Shown here: piece by piece, positions 40,390 through 51,779 of the stretch
Layout of the letters: every line of letters starts with the position of its first letter
Numbering within the stretch: the first letter of the stretch is position 1
NCBI GenBank assembly: GCA_963748465.1
Contig: CAVVJB010000009.1
Span: 224,713-288,712, forward strand
DNA from: an uncultured Gammaproteobacteria bacterium
Lineage (GTDB): Bacteria; Pseudomonadota; Gammaproteobacteria; Steroidobacterales; Steroidobacteraceae
DNA: 64,000 nt
Direction: 5' to 3'
The notes under the pieces: generated by a model
The model's input: only the letters and a program-made list of their open reading frames with translations
The model's database searches: none
What the model was told of the DNA's origin: nothing
Translations under genes and position numbers: made by a program

Positions 40390-41654
40390 AGCGCACGCCA
40401 GCCTATATCGCGCCGGTAGTGCATGCCATCCCAGCTAATGCGGCCGACGAGATCGTACGCGGCCCGCTGCGCCGCAGCCACGCCGTCGCCGAGGCCGACG
40501 ACGCACAGCACGCGACCGCCCGCGGTGACCACGTGCCCGTCATGCGCGCGCGTGGATGCGTGAAAGACCTTGCCGGGCATCCGCGCGGCGTCGTCGAGGC
40601 CTTCGATCGCGTCGCCCGTGCGCGGATCGTCCGGATAGCCGCGCGCCGCGAGCACCACGCCGAGCGCGGCGCGCGGGTCCCATTCGGCCTGCACGGTGTC
40701 GAGCCGGCCCGCCAGCGCGGCCTCGCACAGCGTCACGAGGTCGCTGCGGAGCCGCGAGAGCACCGGCTGCGTCTCGGGATCGCCGAACCGGCAATTGAAC
40801 TCCAGCACGTTGGGCGTGCCGTCCTTCGCGATCATGATCCCGGCGTAGAGGAAACCGGTGTAGGGCATGCCCTCCGCGGCGAGGCCGGCCAGCGTCGGGT
40901 CGATCACCTCGCGCATGATCCGCTCGTGCATCCGCGGGGTGACCACGGGCGCGGGCGAATAGGCGCCCATGCCGCCGGTATTGGGACCGGCATCGCCGTC
41001 GCCGAGGCGCTTGTGGTCCTGCGAGGTCGCAAGCGGCAGGACGTGGCTTCCGTCCGCCATGACGATGAAGCTCGCTTCCTCGCCTTCGAGGAATTCCTCG
41101 ACGACGACCACGCGGCCCGCGTCGCCGAAGGCGCCCGCGAACATCCCCTCGGCTGCGCGTATCGCCTCCGCGGCGCTCGCGGCAATGACAACGCCCTTGC
41201 CGGCAGCGAGCCCGTCCGCCTTGACGACGATGGGCGGGCGCTGGGCCCGGATCGCTGCCGGATCGAAGGTCTCGCGCGTGAATGCGGCATAGCGCGCGGT
41301 CGGGATGCCGTGGCGCTCCAGGAATTCCTTGGTGAACTGTTTGCTGCCCTCGAGCCGGGCCGCGAGCTTGCGCGGCCCGAAGCAGGGCAGGCCCGCCGCC
41401 ATGAAGGCGTCGACGACGCCGGCGACCAGCGGACCCTCCGGGCCCACGACGGTGAGTCCCGCACCCTCGGCGCGCGCCAGCGCGACGAGCCCGTCGACGT
41501 CCGTCGCGGCAACCGCCGCATTGCGGCATTTCGGCTCGAGCGCCGTGCCGGCATTGCCCGGTGCGACGATCACCTCGGTGACCCGCGGCGACTGCGCGAG
41601 CTTCCAGGCGAGGGCGTGTTCGCGCCCGCCGCCGCCGATGACGAGGACCTTCAT
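40386..41654 (-). CDS. purD: phosphoribosylamine--glycine ligase
   Basis: 422 aa, MKVLVIGGGGREHALAWKL, ATP-grasp fold throughout. Confidence 0.93.
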   Translation of the reverse strand: MKVLVIGGGGREHALAWKLAQSPRVTEVIVAPGNAGTALEPKCRNAAVAATDVDGLVALARAEGAGLTVVGPEGPLVAGVVDAFMAAGLPCFGPRKLAARLEGSKQFTKEFLERHGIPTARYAAFTRETFDPAAIRAQRPPIVVKADGLAAGKGVVIAASAAEAIRAAEGMFAGAFGDAGRVVVVEEFLEGEEASFIVMADGSHVLPLATSQDHKRLGDGDAGPNTGGMGAYSPAPVVTPRMHERIMREVIDPTLAGLAAEGMPYTGFLYAGIMIAKDGTPNVLEFNCRFGDPETQPVLSRLRSDLVTLCEAALAGRLDTVQAEWDPRAALGVVLAARGYPDDPRTGDAIEGLDDAARMPGKVFHASTRAHDGHVVTAGGRVLCVVGLGDGVAAAQRAAYDLVGRISWDGMHYRRDIGWRAL

Positions 41655-41659
41655 GGCGC

Positions 41660-43217
41660 TCAGTGGCGGAAGTGCCGCATGCCGGTGAATACCATCGCGA
41701 TGCCGCGCTCGTCGGCCGCGGCGACGACCTCGGCGTCACGCACCGACCCGCCCGGCTGGATCACGGCGCGGATGCCGAGCTCGGCCGCGGCGTCGAGCCC
41801 GTCGCGGAATGGAAAGAAGGCGTCCGATGCCATCACGCTGCCGGCGACGGCGAGCCCCGCATCGGCGGCCTTCATCGCAGCGATCCGGGTCGAGACGACG
41901 CGACTCGACTGGCCGGCGCCGATGCCGACCGTGCGCCGGTCCTTCGCGAACACGATCGCGTTCGACTTCACGAACTTGCACACGCGCCAGGCGAACAGCA
42001 GGTCCGCGAGCTCGGCCGCATCCGGGGACCGGCGCGTCACGGACTCGAGGTCCGCGGCGCCGACCGCGCCGGCGTCGCGCGACTGCACGAGCAGGCCGCC
42101 CGTGACGGACTTGAGCTCGGGCGCGGCGGGCGAACCATCCACGAGCGGGCCGGTCTCAAGCACGCGGATGTTCTGCTTGCCGGCGAGCGCCTCGCGCGCG
42201 GCAGATTCGCAGGAAGGCGCGGCGATGACCTCGACGAATTGCCTCTCGAGGATCGCAGCGGCGGTTGCCGCGTCGAGCGGGCGATTGAAGGCGATGATCC
42301 CGCCGAAAGCGGAAGTCGTGTCCGGCTCGTAAGCCCGGAGGTAGGCGTCGCGCAGGCTCGCCGCGACGGCGACGCCGCAGGGATTCGCGTGCTTGACGAT
42401 CACGCAGGCGGGCGGATCGAACTGGCGCACGCATTCGATCGCGGTGTCCGCATCCGCGATGTTGTTGTATGACAGCTCCTTGCCCTGTATCTGCCGGGCG
42501 GAAGCCACGGACGCGCCCGCCGCGAGGGGATCGGCATAGAACGCCGCGAACTGGTGCGGGTTCTCGCCGTAGCGAAGGTCCTGCCGCTTGCGGAAAGCCG
42601 CCGCCAGCGTATCCGGAAATGCGGCGTCGCCCTGCTGGCGGCGAAGCCAGCCGGAGACCAGTGCGTCGTAATGCGCGGTGTGGCCGAAAGCTTTCGCGGC
42701 GAGCCGGCGGCGGGTCGGTTCAGAGACGTTTCCGCCGCGCAACTCCCCGAGCGCGCCGGCATAGTCCGACGGATCGACGAGCACGGTGACGCGGGCGTGG
42801 TTCTTGGCGGCGGCGCGCAGCATCGCCGGGCCGCCGACGTCGATGTTCTCGATCGCGTCCTCGTAGCGGCAATCCGGGCGGCGCAATGGTCTCGGCGAAC
42901 GGATAGAGGTTGATGACGAGGACGTCGATCGGCTCGATGCCCTGTTCCCGCATGACGGCATCGTCCGTGCCGGCGCGGCCGAGCAGGGCGCCGTGCACCT
43001 TCGGGTGCAGGGTCTTCACGCGCCCGTCCATGATTTCCGGAAAGCCGGTCAGCGACGACACCTCGGTCACGGCGAGACCGGCATCGGCGATCGCGCGTGC
43101 CGTGCCGCCGGTCGAAACCAGCGCGAAGCCGAGCGCAGCGAGCTCGCGGGCGAGGTCGACGATGCCTGTCTTGTCGGAAACGGAGAGCAACGCCCGCCGG
43201 GCGTCCGGTCGCGTCAT
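41660..43217 (-). pseudogene. purH: bifunctional AICAR transformylase/IMP cyclohydrolase, frameshifted as given
   Basis: N-terminal 110 aa sit in one frame ([18 protein letters not shown]...[10 protein letters not shown]). The rest is in another frame (..[27 protein letters not shown]...MRHFRH). One extra C lies near 42878-42885. Confidence 0.85.
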
Positions 43218-43221
43218 CTCG

Positions 43222-43530
43222 TCAGGATGCGAGTCCGTACTCGCGCAGCTTCTTGCGCAAGGTGCCGCGATTGATGCCGAGGATGGTCGCCGCGCGGCTC
43301 TGGTTGCCGTCGGCATAGTCCATCACGGCCTGGAACAGCGGCAATTCCACTTCGCGCATGACGAGGTCATAGAGGCGCCCGGGGCGGTGGCCGTTCAGGC
43401 TGTCGAAATAGTGGCTGAGCGCCTGCTCGGTGTGGTCGCGCAGGGGTATTTCGCGGCCGTGTCCGTTGACGGGACGGAGATAGTGCGGGCGGCGCGACGT
43501 CTGCGCCCTCTGCTTCGCGGTCATTGCCAA
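43222..43530 (-). CDS. fis: Fis-family nucleoid-associated DNA-binding protein
   Basis: C-terminal [29 protein letters not shown]. Lies downstream of dusB as in the classic dusB-fis operon. Confidence 0.85.
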   Translation of the reverse strand: MAMTAKQRAQTSRRPHYLRPVNGHGREIPLRDHTEQALSHYFDSLNGHRPGRLYDLVMREVELPLFQAVMDYADGNQSRAATILGINRGTLRKKLREYGLAS

Positions 43531-43563
43531 GTGGTCCCCGATTCTCGCAGCCGTCGTTGTGGG

Positions 43564-44547
43564 TCAGGCCGCCCGCGCCCTGAGGCCGATCAGGCCTGAC
43601 AGGAAATCGCTCGCAAGCAGGTGCTGCTCCCTCGCGCATTCCGTCGTCAACAGCCCGGCTGGCAAGTGTCCGACCTCCGGATGGAGACGGCAATACCAAC
43701 CGAGATGCTTGCGCGCCACGCGGACACCTTTTGCCTCGCCGTAAAACGAGTAAAGGGCCTCGAGGTGCGAAAGCATGATACCACGGACCTCTTCGAGCGC
43801 AGGCGGTGCGACCGTCATTCCTGCGAGCCCCGCGCGCAACTCGCGGAAGATCCAGGGCCGGCCCTGGGCCGCGCGTCCGATCATCACGCCGTCGGCGCCG
43901 CTTTGTTCCAGCGCGCTCAATGCCTTGGCCGCACAATCGATGTCGCCGTTGACGAACACCGGCACGCGCACGGCGCGCTTGACGGCCGCGACCGTTTCGT
44001 ATTCCGCCTCGCCGGCGAAGAAATCGGCGCGCGTGCGGCCGTGCACGGCGAGGCCCGCCACGCCGGTGTCCTCGGCGATGCGCGCAATGGCGACGGCGTT
44101 GCGGTTGTCGCGGTCCCAGCCTGTGCGCATCTTGAGCGTCACCGGCACGCCGGCTGCCGTGACCACGTCGGCCAGGATGCGCGCCACGAGAGCCTCGTCG
44201 CGCATGAGCGCGGAACCGGCCGCGCGATTGCATACTTTCTTGGCGGGACAGCCGAAGTTGATGTCGATGACTTGGGCGCCCAGCTCGACGTTCATGCGCG
44301 CGGCGTCGGCCATCATGACCGGGTCGAAGCCCGCGATCTGCACCACGCGCGGCTCGGGCTCGCCGCGGTGGTCGAGCCGGTGGCGCGTCTTCGGCGTGTT
44401 CCACAACCTCAGGTCCGAAGTGACCATCTCCGATGCCGCGATCCCCGCACCCATGCTGCGGCACAGGCGGCGAAAGGGCAGGTCCGTCACGCCCGCCATC
44501 GGCGCGAGCGCGAGCGGCGCCGCGATCTCGTAAGGCCCGATCTTCAT
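43564..44547 (-). CDS. dusB: tRNA-dihydrouridine synthase B
   Basis: 327 aa TIM-barrel Dus sequence (APMAGVTD.., INFGCPAKKV). Confidence 0.9.
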   Translation of the reverse strand: MKIGPYEIAAPLALAPMAGVTDLPFRRLCRSMGAGIAASEMVTSDLRLWNTPKTRHRLDHRGEPEPRVVQIAGFDPVMMADAARMNVELGAQVIDINFGCPAKKVCNRAAGSALMRDEALVARILADVVTAAGVPVTLKMRTGWDRDNRNAVAIARIAEDTGVAGLAVHGRTRADFFAGEAEYETVAAVKRAVRVPVFVNGDIDCAAKALSALEQSGADGVMIGRAAQGRPWIFRELRAGLAGMTVAPPALEEVRGIMLSHLEALYSFYGEAKGVRVARKHLGWYCRLHPEVGHLPAGLLTTECAREQHLLASDFLSGLIGLRARAA

Positions 44548-45850
44548 GGGCCCGCGGTCTTGATCTGGTTGGCGCAGCGCACGCCGCCCTTCGACTGCAG
44601 GCAGATGTCGAGCTCGAAGCCGACCGCTTCAGTGCCGGGATCGACGATGCGGATGAGCGCATCGGCGCGCTCTCCCGGCCCGAGGAGGTCGCCGACGCCG
44701 GCGCCCGGCAGGTAATCCGCCGGCTGGACGTCGCCTTGCCTCAGCGTTCCGCCGAAGCGGTCCTGCAAGGTGAGCCGCAGCAACGGGAAGGGCTGCGCGT
44801 ACGTCGCGCGGTTGACGATGCTCGCCCGCAGGATGAGCCGGTCGGCCTCGTTGGGGTCGCTGGCCGCGCCCCACTGGCGCAGCTCATAGGCCGACAGGTC
44901 CGTCGGCGCCACGACCGAAAGGCCGAGAAAGGAATAGACACCCGCGATCGCAGGTCCGAGGGACGGGCTCCGCACCAGTTGGTCGCGTTGGCTATGCACC
45001 ACCTGCAGCAGCAGGAGGATCCCGAGGGCCGCGACGCCGGCCACCCAGGGCCAGCGTTGCTCGAGCAATCCCGGAGATTCATCCTCCGCCTCGAAGGCCG
45101 CGGCCGCGGCCGCGCGCGCTTCGGCCTCCGCGGCGAGGCGCTTTCGCATCTCGTCGGGAATGAGAATTCGCGGTGCCGTAGGCCCGCCCGTCGCCGGCCG
45201 CGAAGGCGCTGGCGGCGCAGGCGCCGCGGGTGGCGCAGGCGCTGCGGGTCGGCTGCGGGTAGGAGGCTGCGGTACGGGGCCGGCTCCACGGTTTCGAGCA
45301 CGATGGACTCGACCACGGGTTCGTCTGCCAATTCGTCCCGCTCGTCGAGCACCAGGATCGGGTGCTCGTCGGTACTGTCGAGATCGATGACAGGCTCGGC
45401 CTCGCCGGCCGGGGGCGCCGGTGTGTCCGCGGCGGCGTCGAACGGCACGAGCAATGATTCCTCGACGACGAACAGGCGATCGAGTTCGGCGTCGTCGCCA
45501 TGAAACTCCATGGCGCGCTCTTCGTCCTGAACGTCGCCGGCCGGCGTCGATTCTTCAGTTCGGGATTCCGGCTGTTCGTGCGCATCACGCGGCAGGTTTG
45601 GTACGACCGCGAGCTCGACCGGCGACGACAATTCGATGTTCTCGCCGCCCGGCAGCTCCTCGACCGTCATCGAGTCGTCCGGATTGGGGGCATCGGCGTC
45701 CGACGCAGCCTTGAAGGCCTGTTCGCTCAGGTTCTCGAGCGCATTGAAGCTGGTCGAGCATACGCCGCAGCGCACGTCGCCTTGCGCGATCCGGAGCGCG
45801 TCCACGGTGACGCGAAAGACCGTCGCACAATCAGGACATTGCGTATACAC
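44544..45850 (-). pseudogene. zinc-ribbon (MJ0042-type) plus DUF3426 membrane protein, frameshifted as given
   Basis: GTG at 45850 (GGAG upstream) gives YTQCPDCATVFRV..VRCGVCSTSFNA and an acidic linker. The Pro/Ala linker, TM segment and DUF3426 domain continue in another frame (ORF ending at 44544). The junction is near 45255-45300. Confidence 0.7.
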
Positions 45851-45852
45851 GC

Positions 45853-46734
45853 CTACTCCGCGCGCCGGCGGCCCGCGAGCAGGGACCAACCCTCGCGTTC
45901 CGCTTCCGGGGCGATATCAAACCACGGCCCATAGGCCTGCGCTACTTCCGCCGCCTGGCGGACCAGCATGCCGGCGAGCACGATCTCGCCGCCCGCCCTG
46001 GAGAACCGGGCGAGGCGCGGCGCAAGCTGGATCAGCGGGCCCGACAGGATGTTGGCGACGACGATGTCGTAGGAGCCTGCCAGCGCCTCGCTGCGCTCCA
46101 CCACCTCGACCCGCGCCGCGAGCCCGCTCTTCGCCGCATTCTCGCGCGTCGCCGTGATGGCTTGCGGGTCGATGTCGAAGGCGGCGGCCGATGCCGCGCC
46201 GAGCTTGAGCGCGGCGAGCCCGAGGATTCCGGAGCCGCATCCGTAGTCCAGGACGCGCTCGCCACCCCGGATCCTGCCGTCCAGCCATTCCAGGCAGAGC
46301 GCCGTGGTCGCGTGAGTGCCGGTGCCGAACGCCAGCCCGGGATCGAGCTCGAGGATGGCGGGGGCATGCCCGTCGGGACGCTGGCCTGCGGGCGCGACCC
46401 ACAGGCGGCGGCCGAAGCGCATCGGACGAAAGTCCTTGAGCCATTCGCGCTCCCAGACCCGATCCTCGACGTGCTCGACGGTGATGGCGCCGGCCGGCAA
46501 CCCGAGCACGACCGCGAGCGTCGCCGCCGCGACTTCGGGATTGACCGAGACTTCGAACAGCGCACGCAGGCGCACGGCCTGCCACACCGGGGTCTCGCCG
46601 GGGGCTGGCTCGAGCAGCGGTTCGTCGCCGGCGTCGGCCAGCGAGACGGCGATGGCCCCGAGCCTCGTGCAGGCATCTTCGGCCCGCGCCAGTTCGCGGC
46701 CTGGCAGCTCGAGGACGACCTGGTGATAAGGCAT
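45853..46734 (-). CDS. prmA: ribosomal protein L11 methyltransferase
   Basis: 293 aa with LDYGCGSGILG SAM motif; in prmA-accC-accB synteny. Confidence 0.9.
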   Translation of the reverse strand: MPYHQVVLELPGRELARAEDACTRLGAIAVSLADAGDEPLLEPAPGETPVWQAVRLRALFEVSVNPEVAAATLAVVLGLPAGAITVEHVEDRVWEREWLKDFRPMRFGRRLWVAPAGQRPDGHAPAILELDPGLAFGTGTHATTALCLEWLDGRIRGGERVLDYGCGSGILGLAALKLGAASAAAFDIDPQAITATRENAAKSGLAARVEVVERSEALAGSYDIVVANILSGPLIQLAPRLARFSRAGGEIVLAGMLVRQAAEVAQAYGPWFDIAPEAEREGWSLLAGRRRAE

Positions 46735-46751
46735 CGACCGACCCGACGCGC

Positions 46752-48095
46752 CTATTTCAGGCCGAGGCGGCGCTCGAGGTAGTGAATGTCGAGTCCGCCC
46801 TGCCGAAACGCCGAGTGCCCGAATATCTCCTGGTGCAGCGGGGCGTTCGTCTTGATGCCCTCGACGACCATCTCGGAGAGGGCGTTACGCATGCGCGCGA
46901 TCGCCGTGTCGCGGTTCTCGCCGTAGGAGATCAGCTTCGCGATCAGCGAGTCGTAGAACGGCGGCACGTTGTATCCGGAGTACAGGTGACTGTCGACGCG
47001 CACCCCGGGCCCGCCCGGCGCGTGCCACAGCCGGACCGGGCCGGGCGATGGCGCGAACGTCTTGGGGTCCTCGGCGTTGATGCGGCATTCCATCGCCCAG
47101 CCGCGCAGCACGATGTCCTCCTGCTTGAACGGCAGGGGCTCGCCGGCCGCGATCCGCAGCTGCATCTTGACGATGTCGATGCCCGTGACGAGTTCCGTCA
47201 CCGGGTGCTCGACCTGCACGCGCGTGTTCATCTCGATGAAGTAGAAGTTGCCGTCCTCGTACAGGAACTCGAGGGTCCCGGCGCTGCGGTAGCCGACGGC
47301 GGTGCAGGCGGCGACCAGGCGGTCGGTCATGTCGGCGCGCTGCTGCGCGGTGATCCCCGGCGCTGGCGATTCCTCGATGATCTTCTGGCGCCGGCGCTGC
47401 AGCGAGCAATCGCGCTCGCCGAGGCACACCACGCTGCCGTAGTTGTCGCCCAGCACCTGGAACTCGATGTGGCGCGGCTTCTCGAGGAATTTCTCCATGT
47501 AGACGGTGTCGTTGCCGAAGGCCGCGAGCGCCTCCGTCTTCGCGACGTTGATGGCATTCACGAGCGTCGCGTCGCTGTGGACCACGCGCATGCCGCGTCC
47601 GCCGCCGCCGCCGGAGGCCTTGATGATCACCGGGTACTCGATCGAACGCGCCATGCGGAAACACTCGTCCTGGTCCTCCGGCAGCGGGCCGTCGGACCCG
47701 GGCACGCAGGGCACGCCGTGCTCCTTCATGGCACGGATCGCCGAGACCTTGTCGCCCATCTGGCGGATGGTCTCGCTCTTCGGGCCGATGAACACGAAGC
47801 CGCTGTTCTCGACCCGCTCGGCGAAGTCCGCGTTCTCCGACAGGAACCCGTAGCCCGGGTGGATGCCGACGGCGTCCGTCACTTCGGCCGCGCTGATGAT
47901 GGCCGGCATGTTGAGGTAACTCTCGCGCGAGGCTGGGGGCCCGATGCAGACCGTTTCGTCCGCGAGCAGGACGTGCTTCAGGTTCTGGTCGGCCGTCGAA
48001 TGTACGGCGACCGTCTTGATGCCGAGCTCGCGGCAGGCGCGCAGGATGCGAAGCGCGATCTCGCCGCGGTTGGCGATGACGATTTTATCCAGCAC
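46752..48095 (-). CDS. accC: acetyl-CoA carboxylase biotin carboxylase subunit
   Basis: 447 aa, [24 protein letters not shown]-grasp fold. Confidence 0.95.
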   Translation of the reverse strand: MLDKIVIANRGEIALRILRACRELGIKTVAVHSTADQNLKHVLLADETVCIGPPASRESYLNMPAIISAAEVTDAVGIHPGYGFLSENADFAERVENSGFVFIGPKSETIRQMGDKVSAIRAMKEHGVPCVPGSDGPLPEDQDECFRMARSIEYPVIIKASGGGGGRGMRVVHSDATLVNAINVAKTEALAAFGNDTVYMEKFLEKPRHIEFQVLGDNYGSVVCLGERDCSLQRRRQKIIEESPAPGITAQQRADMTDRLVAACTAVGYRSAGTLEFLYEDGNFYFIEMNTRVQVEHPVTELVTGIDIVKMQLRIAAGEPLPFKQEDIVLRGWAMECRINAEDPKTFAPSPGPVRLWHAPGGPGVRVDSHLYSGYNVPPFYDSLIAKLISYGENRDTAIARMRNALSEMVVEGIKTNAPLHQEIFGHSAFRQGGLDIHYLERRLGLK

Positions 48096-48101
48096 CGGCG
48101 C

Positions 48102-48572
48102 TTACTCGATCGCGAACAGGGGCTGGCCGAACTCGACCGGTTCGCCGTTCTTGGCGAGCACCGCCACGACCTTGCCGGCGCGCTCGCTCTCGATCTGGTT
48201 CATCATCTTCATCGCTTCGATGATGCAGAGCACCTGGCCGACGCGGACCTCCTGGCCCACCTCGACGAACGACTTCGCACCCGGGGCGGGAGAGGCGTAG
48301 AACGTGCCGACCATCGGCGCGGTCACGAGGTTCTCATCGCGGGGGGCCGGCGCAGGCGCGGCCGCGGGCGGCGCGGGGGCCGGGACTGGGGCCGCGGCGG
48401 GGGCGGCCGCCGCCGTCGGGGCGGGTCCGGCGGCGTACTGCGTCACGACCTGGGCATGGGGGCTGTTCCGCGCTATGCGGACCGATTCCTCGCCTTCGGT
48501 AATCTCGATCTCGGCCAGGCCCGATTCCTCGAGCAGCTCGATGAGTTTCTTGATCTTGCGAATATCCATCAT
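48102..48572 (-). CDS. accB: acetyl-CoA carboxylase biotin carboxyl carrier protein
   Basis: Pro/Ala linker and biotinylation motif EAMKMMN. Confidence 0.92.
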   Translation of the reverse strand: MMDIRKIKKLIELLEESGLAEIEITEGEESVRIARNSPHAQVVTQYAAGPAPTAAAAPAAAPVPAPAPPAAAPAPAPRDENLVTAPMVGTFYASPAPGAKSFVEVGQEVRVGQVLCIIEAMKMMNQIESERAGKVVAVLAKNGEPVEFGQPLFAIE

Positions 48573-49024
48573 GCTCCCCCGGTAGGACGTTCGAGGCGGT
48601 CGAGCGCCGCCTGGAGCGCAAGCTCATAACCTTGCGCGCCGAGGCCGACGATGCTGCCCGCCGCGATGTCCGAAAAATACGAGTGCCGGCGGAAAGGCTC
48701 GCGCGCGTGCACGTTGGACAGATGCACCTCGATGAAGGGCACACCGACCGCCAGCAGGGCATCGCGGAGCGCAATGCTGGTGTGGGTGAAGGCGCCCGCA
48801 TTCACGATCGCGAAGTCGACCGGCGAGGCCGCGAGCGCCTGGACCCGGTCGACCAGCTCGTGCTCAGCATTGCTCTGGAAACTCTCGAGCGCCGCCCCGC
48901 GCTTCGTGGCGAGGGCCCGCAGCCGCTCTTCGATGGCGGCAAGCGTCACGTCGCCGTACCACCCCGGTTCCCGGCGGCCCAGCAGGTTCAGGTTGGGCCC
49001 ATTGATGAGCAGGATTCGGGGCAT
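48569..49024 (-). CDS. aroQ: type II 3-dehydroquinate dehydratase
   Basis: 151 aa, [17 protein letters not shown]..., [12 protein letters not shown]. Confidence 0.9.
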   Translation of the reverse strand: MPRILLINGPNLNLLGRREPGWYGDVTLAAIEERLRALATKRGAALESFQSNAEHELVDRVQALAASPVDFAIVNAGAFTHTSIALRDALLAVGVPFIEVHLSNVHAREPFRRHSYFSDIAAGSIVGLGAQGYELALQAALDRLERPTGGA

Positions 49025-49141
49025 CGACGGCCTTTATTCCTCTGCATCCCCGTCAGAGGTCGCGCCATTCAACCGGACAATCGTCGAGTTGTCCAGAAAA
49101 AGCGGCAAAAATGCATCGAACGCCGTCGAACTGGCGCCAAT

Positions 49142-49792
49142 CTAGCTGATCTTGGGGACATCCGCCCGGATCCGGGCTTGGGCGGTCTTCAGGTCGATCG
49201 TGCCGGCATCGACCTCGCGGACGATCGACAGGATGACGTCAGCCTGCGGCCGGTGCAACTCGCCCACATGGATGGTGACGATGCGGCCCGATGCATCCAC
49301 GAACGCCGTGAACGGCAGGCCCAGGGACTCGACGCCGAACGCGCGTGCCGCATCCAGCCCGTCCTGCTCGCCGATCAGGACCATGTAGTCGATCGGCGTC
49401 GCCTCGAGGTATCGCAACACGTCCTCGCGGAAATCGACGGCAATCCCGACCAGGACGATCTCAGGCCAGGCGCCGTCTTTGGCCAGCGCATTCAACATCG
49501 GGATTTCGCGCCGGCAGGGGGCGCACCAGGTCGCCCAGAAGTTGATGACCTGCGGCCTCCCGTTCCATTCCGAGAGGGCGCGGGGCTTGCCGCTGCGGTC
49601 GGCCAGCGTGATCTCCGGGCGCCGCTCGGGAATGACGGTCGCAGGGGCGGCGGGTGCGGGCGCGAGCGGTGTCGCCACAGCGGGCTCGGGACTCGTGCCG
49701 CCGCGGCTCGCGAGGCGATAAGCGCCGAAGCCGGCGCCGAGCGCGAGCAGCAGTACGAGGATCCAGCGGCCGGTCGGTCCCATCGTCAGCAT
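49142..49792 (-). CDS. TlpA-family periplasmic thiol:disulfide oxidoreductase
   Basis: N-terminal anchor and thioredoxin fold with WATWCAPC. Confidence 0.75.
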   Translation of the reverse strand: MLTMGPTGRWILVLLLALGAGFGAYRLASRGGTSPEPAVATPLAPAPAAPATVIPERRPEITLADRSGKPRALSEWNGRPQVINFWATWCAPCRREIPMLNALAKDGAWPEIVLVGIAVDFREDVLRYLEATPIDYMVLIGEQDGLDAARAFGVESLGLPFTAFVDASGRIVTIHVGELHRPQADVILSIVREVDAGTIDLKTAQARIRADVPKIS

Positions 49793-51600
49793 TCTCGCGC
49801 GAAGCGCGCGAGATGCGAACGGAAGTCATCCGCCTTGACAAAACCGACGAGCCGGAACGGCCGGCATTCACGGCCGTGCGCGCCGAAGAACGCGGTGGTG
49901 GGCGGTCCGTAGACGCCGAAGCGACGGAACAGGGCCTGGTCGGCCTCGTTGTTCGCGGTCACGTCGGCCTTGAGCAGCACGAACCCGGCGAGGTCCTTCT
50001 GCACGTCAGGCACGGAAAAGGTGTACTTCTCCATCTCCTTGCAGGACACGCACCAGTCCGCATAGAAGTCGAGCATGACGGGCTGGCCCGCCGCCTGTGC
50101 GGCCACGAGCTCGCGGTCGAGATCCTCGACGGAGGCGATCTTGCGAAACGGCAGTACCTCCGCCTGGCTCCCGGCCAACGTCCCGCCAAAGCCCGGCAGC
50201 GAGGCCCCACGCAGCGGTTGCAACGGGTCGTGCCCGCCCGCGGCGGCTCCCAGCAGCATGATCACGCCCCAGACTATGGCGGCGAGCCCGAGGCCCCGTG
50301 CGATCAGACGGCCGGCTTCACTGGCGGCGCCGGTGCGCCCGAAACCGCCGAAATAATATCCCCCGACGATGACGAGCAGGGCCCACAGCGCCAGCGTCAG
50401 CGAGCCCGGCAGGACGCGCTCGAGCATCCAGACCGCGACCCCGAGGAACAGCACGCCGAACAGGGCCTTGACCGTCGTCATCCACGGGCCCGCGTGCGGC
50501 AGGAAACGGCCGCCCGCAACACCGACCAGCAGCAAGGGCGCGCCCATGCCGATGCCCATGGCGAAGAGTGCCAGGCTGCCGCGAAGGACATCGCCGGTCT
50601 GGCCGATCACGGCCAGGGCCGCGACCATCGGCGGTGCGACGCAGGCGGTGACGACGAGGGCCGAGAGCGCGCCCATGACGGCCGTGCCCACGAAGCTGCC
50701 CGATTTCTGTCGGCCCGACAGTCCCGCGAGCCGGGTTTCGATCGCCGACGGGATCTTGAGGTCGAACAGGCCGAACATCGCGAGCGCGAGGACGACAAAC
50801 AGCGCCGCGAAACCAATGATGATCCACGGGTGCTGGAAAAAGGCCTGGGCCTGCTGGCCTGCGGCGGCGAAGGCGGCGCCTGCGACCGTATAAGTGAGTG
50901 CCATGCCGAGCACGTACGTCACGGACAGCAGGAACGACCGCCTCGGGGTCGCCGCATCTCCCTGGCCGGCAATGATGCCGGAAAGGATGGGAATCATCGG
51001 CAGCACGCAGGGCGTGAAGGCGAGCAGCAGGCCGAAGCCGAAGAAGCTCGCCATGATTGCGAACAGGCTGCCGCCTGAAATAAGGCTCGACAACCGGTCC
51101 TGCTCGGAGACCATCGGCGCCGCATCGCTCGCCGGCAGCGTGCCGGGCGCGGGCATGTCGATGGCGACAGTCTTGGTCACCGGCGGGTAACACAACCCGG
51201 CGTCCGCGCAGCCCTGGTAGGTCACCTGGATCTCGAACGCCGATGCGCCCTCGGGACGCGTCACCGGCACGGTCGCGCTCAGGATCCCGTAATACACCTC
51301 GACATCGCCGAAGAATTCATCCGTTTTCTTCTTGCCGTCCGGCATCGCGATTTCGCCGAGCGTAAAGCCGAGCGTCGCCGTCCTGGCCGAGGTGCGATGG
51401 CGGTACAGGTAATAGCCTGGCGCAATCTGCCAGTCGAGCAGGACGCGGTCGCCGCCGTCGGCCATCGCAGTGAAGACGAAGGCCTGGTCCACCGGCAGGA
51501 ATTGATCCTCGTTGGAGACCGGCCCGAGCAGTCCCTGCGCCGCAGCGACACCGGAAAGGATGAGTCCGACGAGGGCGAGGGCATGCCTGAGTTTTTTCAT
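49786..51600 (-). CDS. dsbD: thiol:disulfide interchange protein DsbD
   Basis: 604 aa: signal peptide, N-terminal periplasmic domain, a TM core of about 8 helices, and C-terminal thioredoxin domain with WCVSCK. Confidence 0.85.
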   Translation of the reverse strand: MKKLRHALALVGLILSGVAAAQGLLGPVSNEDQFLPVDQAFVFTAMADGGDRVLLDWQIAPGYYLYRHRTSARTATLGFTLGEIAMPDGKKKTDEFFGDVEVYYGILSATVPVTRPEGASAFEIQVTYQGCADAGLCYPPVTKTVAIDMPAPGTLPASDAAPMVSEQDRLSSLISGGSLFAIMASFFGFGLLLAFTPCVLPMIPILSGIIAGQGDAATPRRSFLLSVTYVLGMALTYTVAGAAFAAAGQQAQAFFQHPWIIIGFAALFVVLALAMFGLFDLKIPSAIETRLAGLSGRQKSGSFVGTAVMGALSALVVTACVAPPMVAALAVIGQTGDVLRGSLALFAMGIGMGAPLLLVGVAGGRFLPHAGPWMTTVKALFGVLFLGVAVWMLERVLPGSLTLALWALLVIVGGYYFGGFGRTGAASEAGRLIARGLGLAAIVWGVIMLLGAAAGGHDPLQPLRGASLPGFGGTLAGSQAEVLPFRKIASVEDLDRELVAAQAAGQPVMLDFYADWCVSCKEMEKYTFSVPDVQKDLAGFVLLKADVTANNEADQALFRRFGVYGPPTTAFFGAHGRECRPFRLVGFVKADDFRSHLARFAREC

Positions 51601-51750
51601 GCGGGCGACAGGTTAGACGTCTGTCGCCGGATTGTCGCGACACCGCACCCGATTTTTCCATCGCCGCCGCCCGCGGGCGGTCTTGGCAGCACCAGAGCGG
51701 GCTGTAAAATCAACGGGTTACATGTCGTTATCACTCGACCTCCGAGAGTG

Positions 51751-51779
51751 CTTGAATTTGAGTCCGCCGGCCCTATCAT
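51751..51779 (+). promoter_or_regulatory. sigma32-type heat-shock promoter of groESL
   Basis: CTTGAA (51751-56), 14-nt spacer, CCCTATCAT (51771-79). The remembered consensus is CTTGAAA-N13-15-CCCCATNT. Confidence 0.55.
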
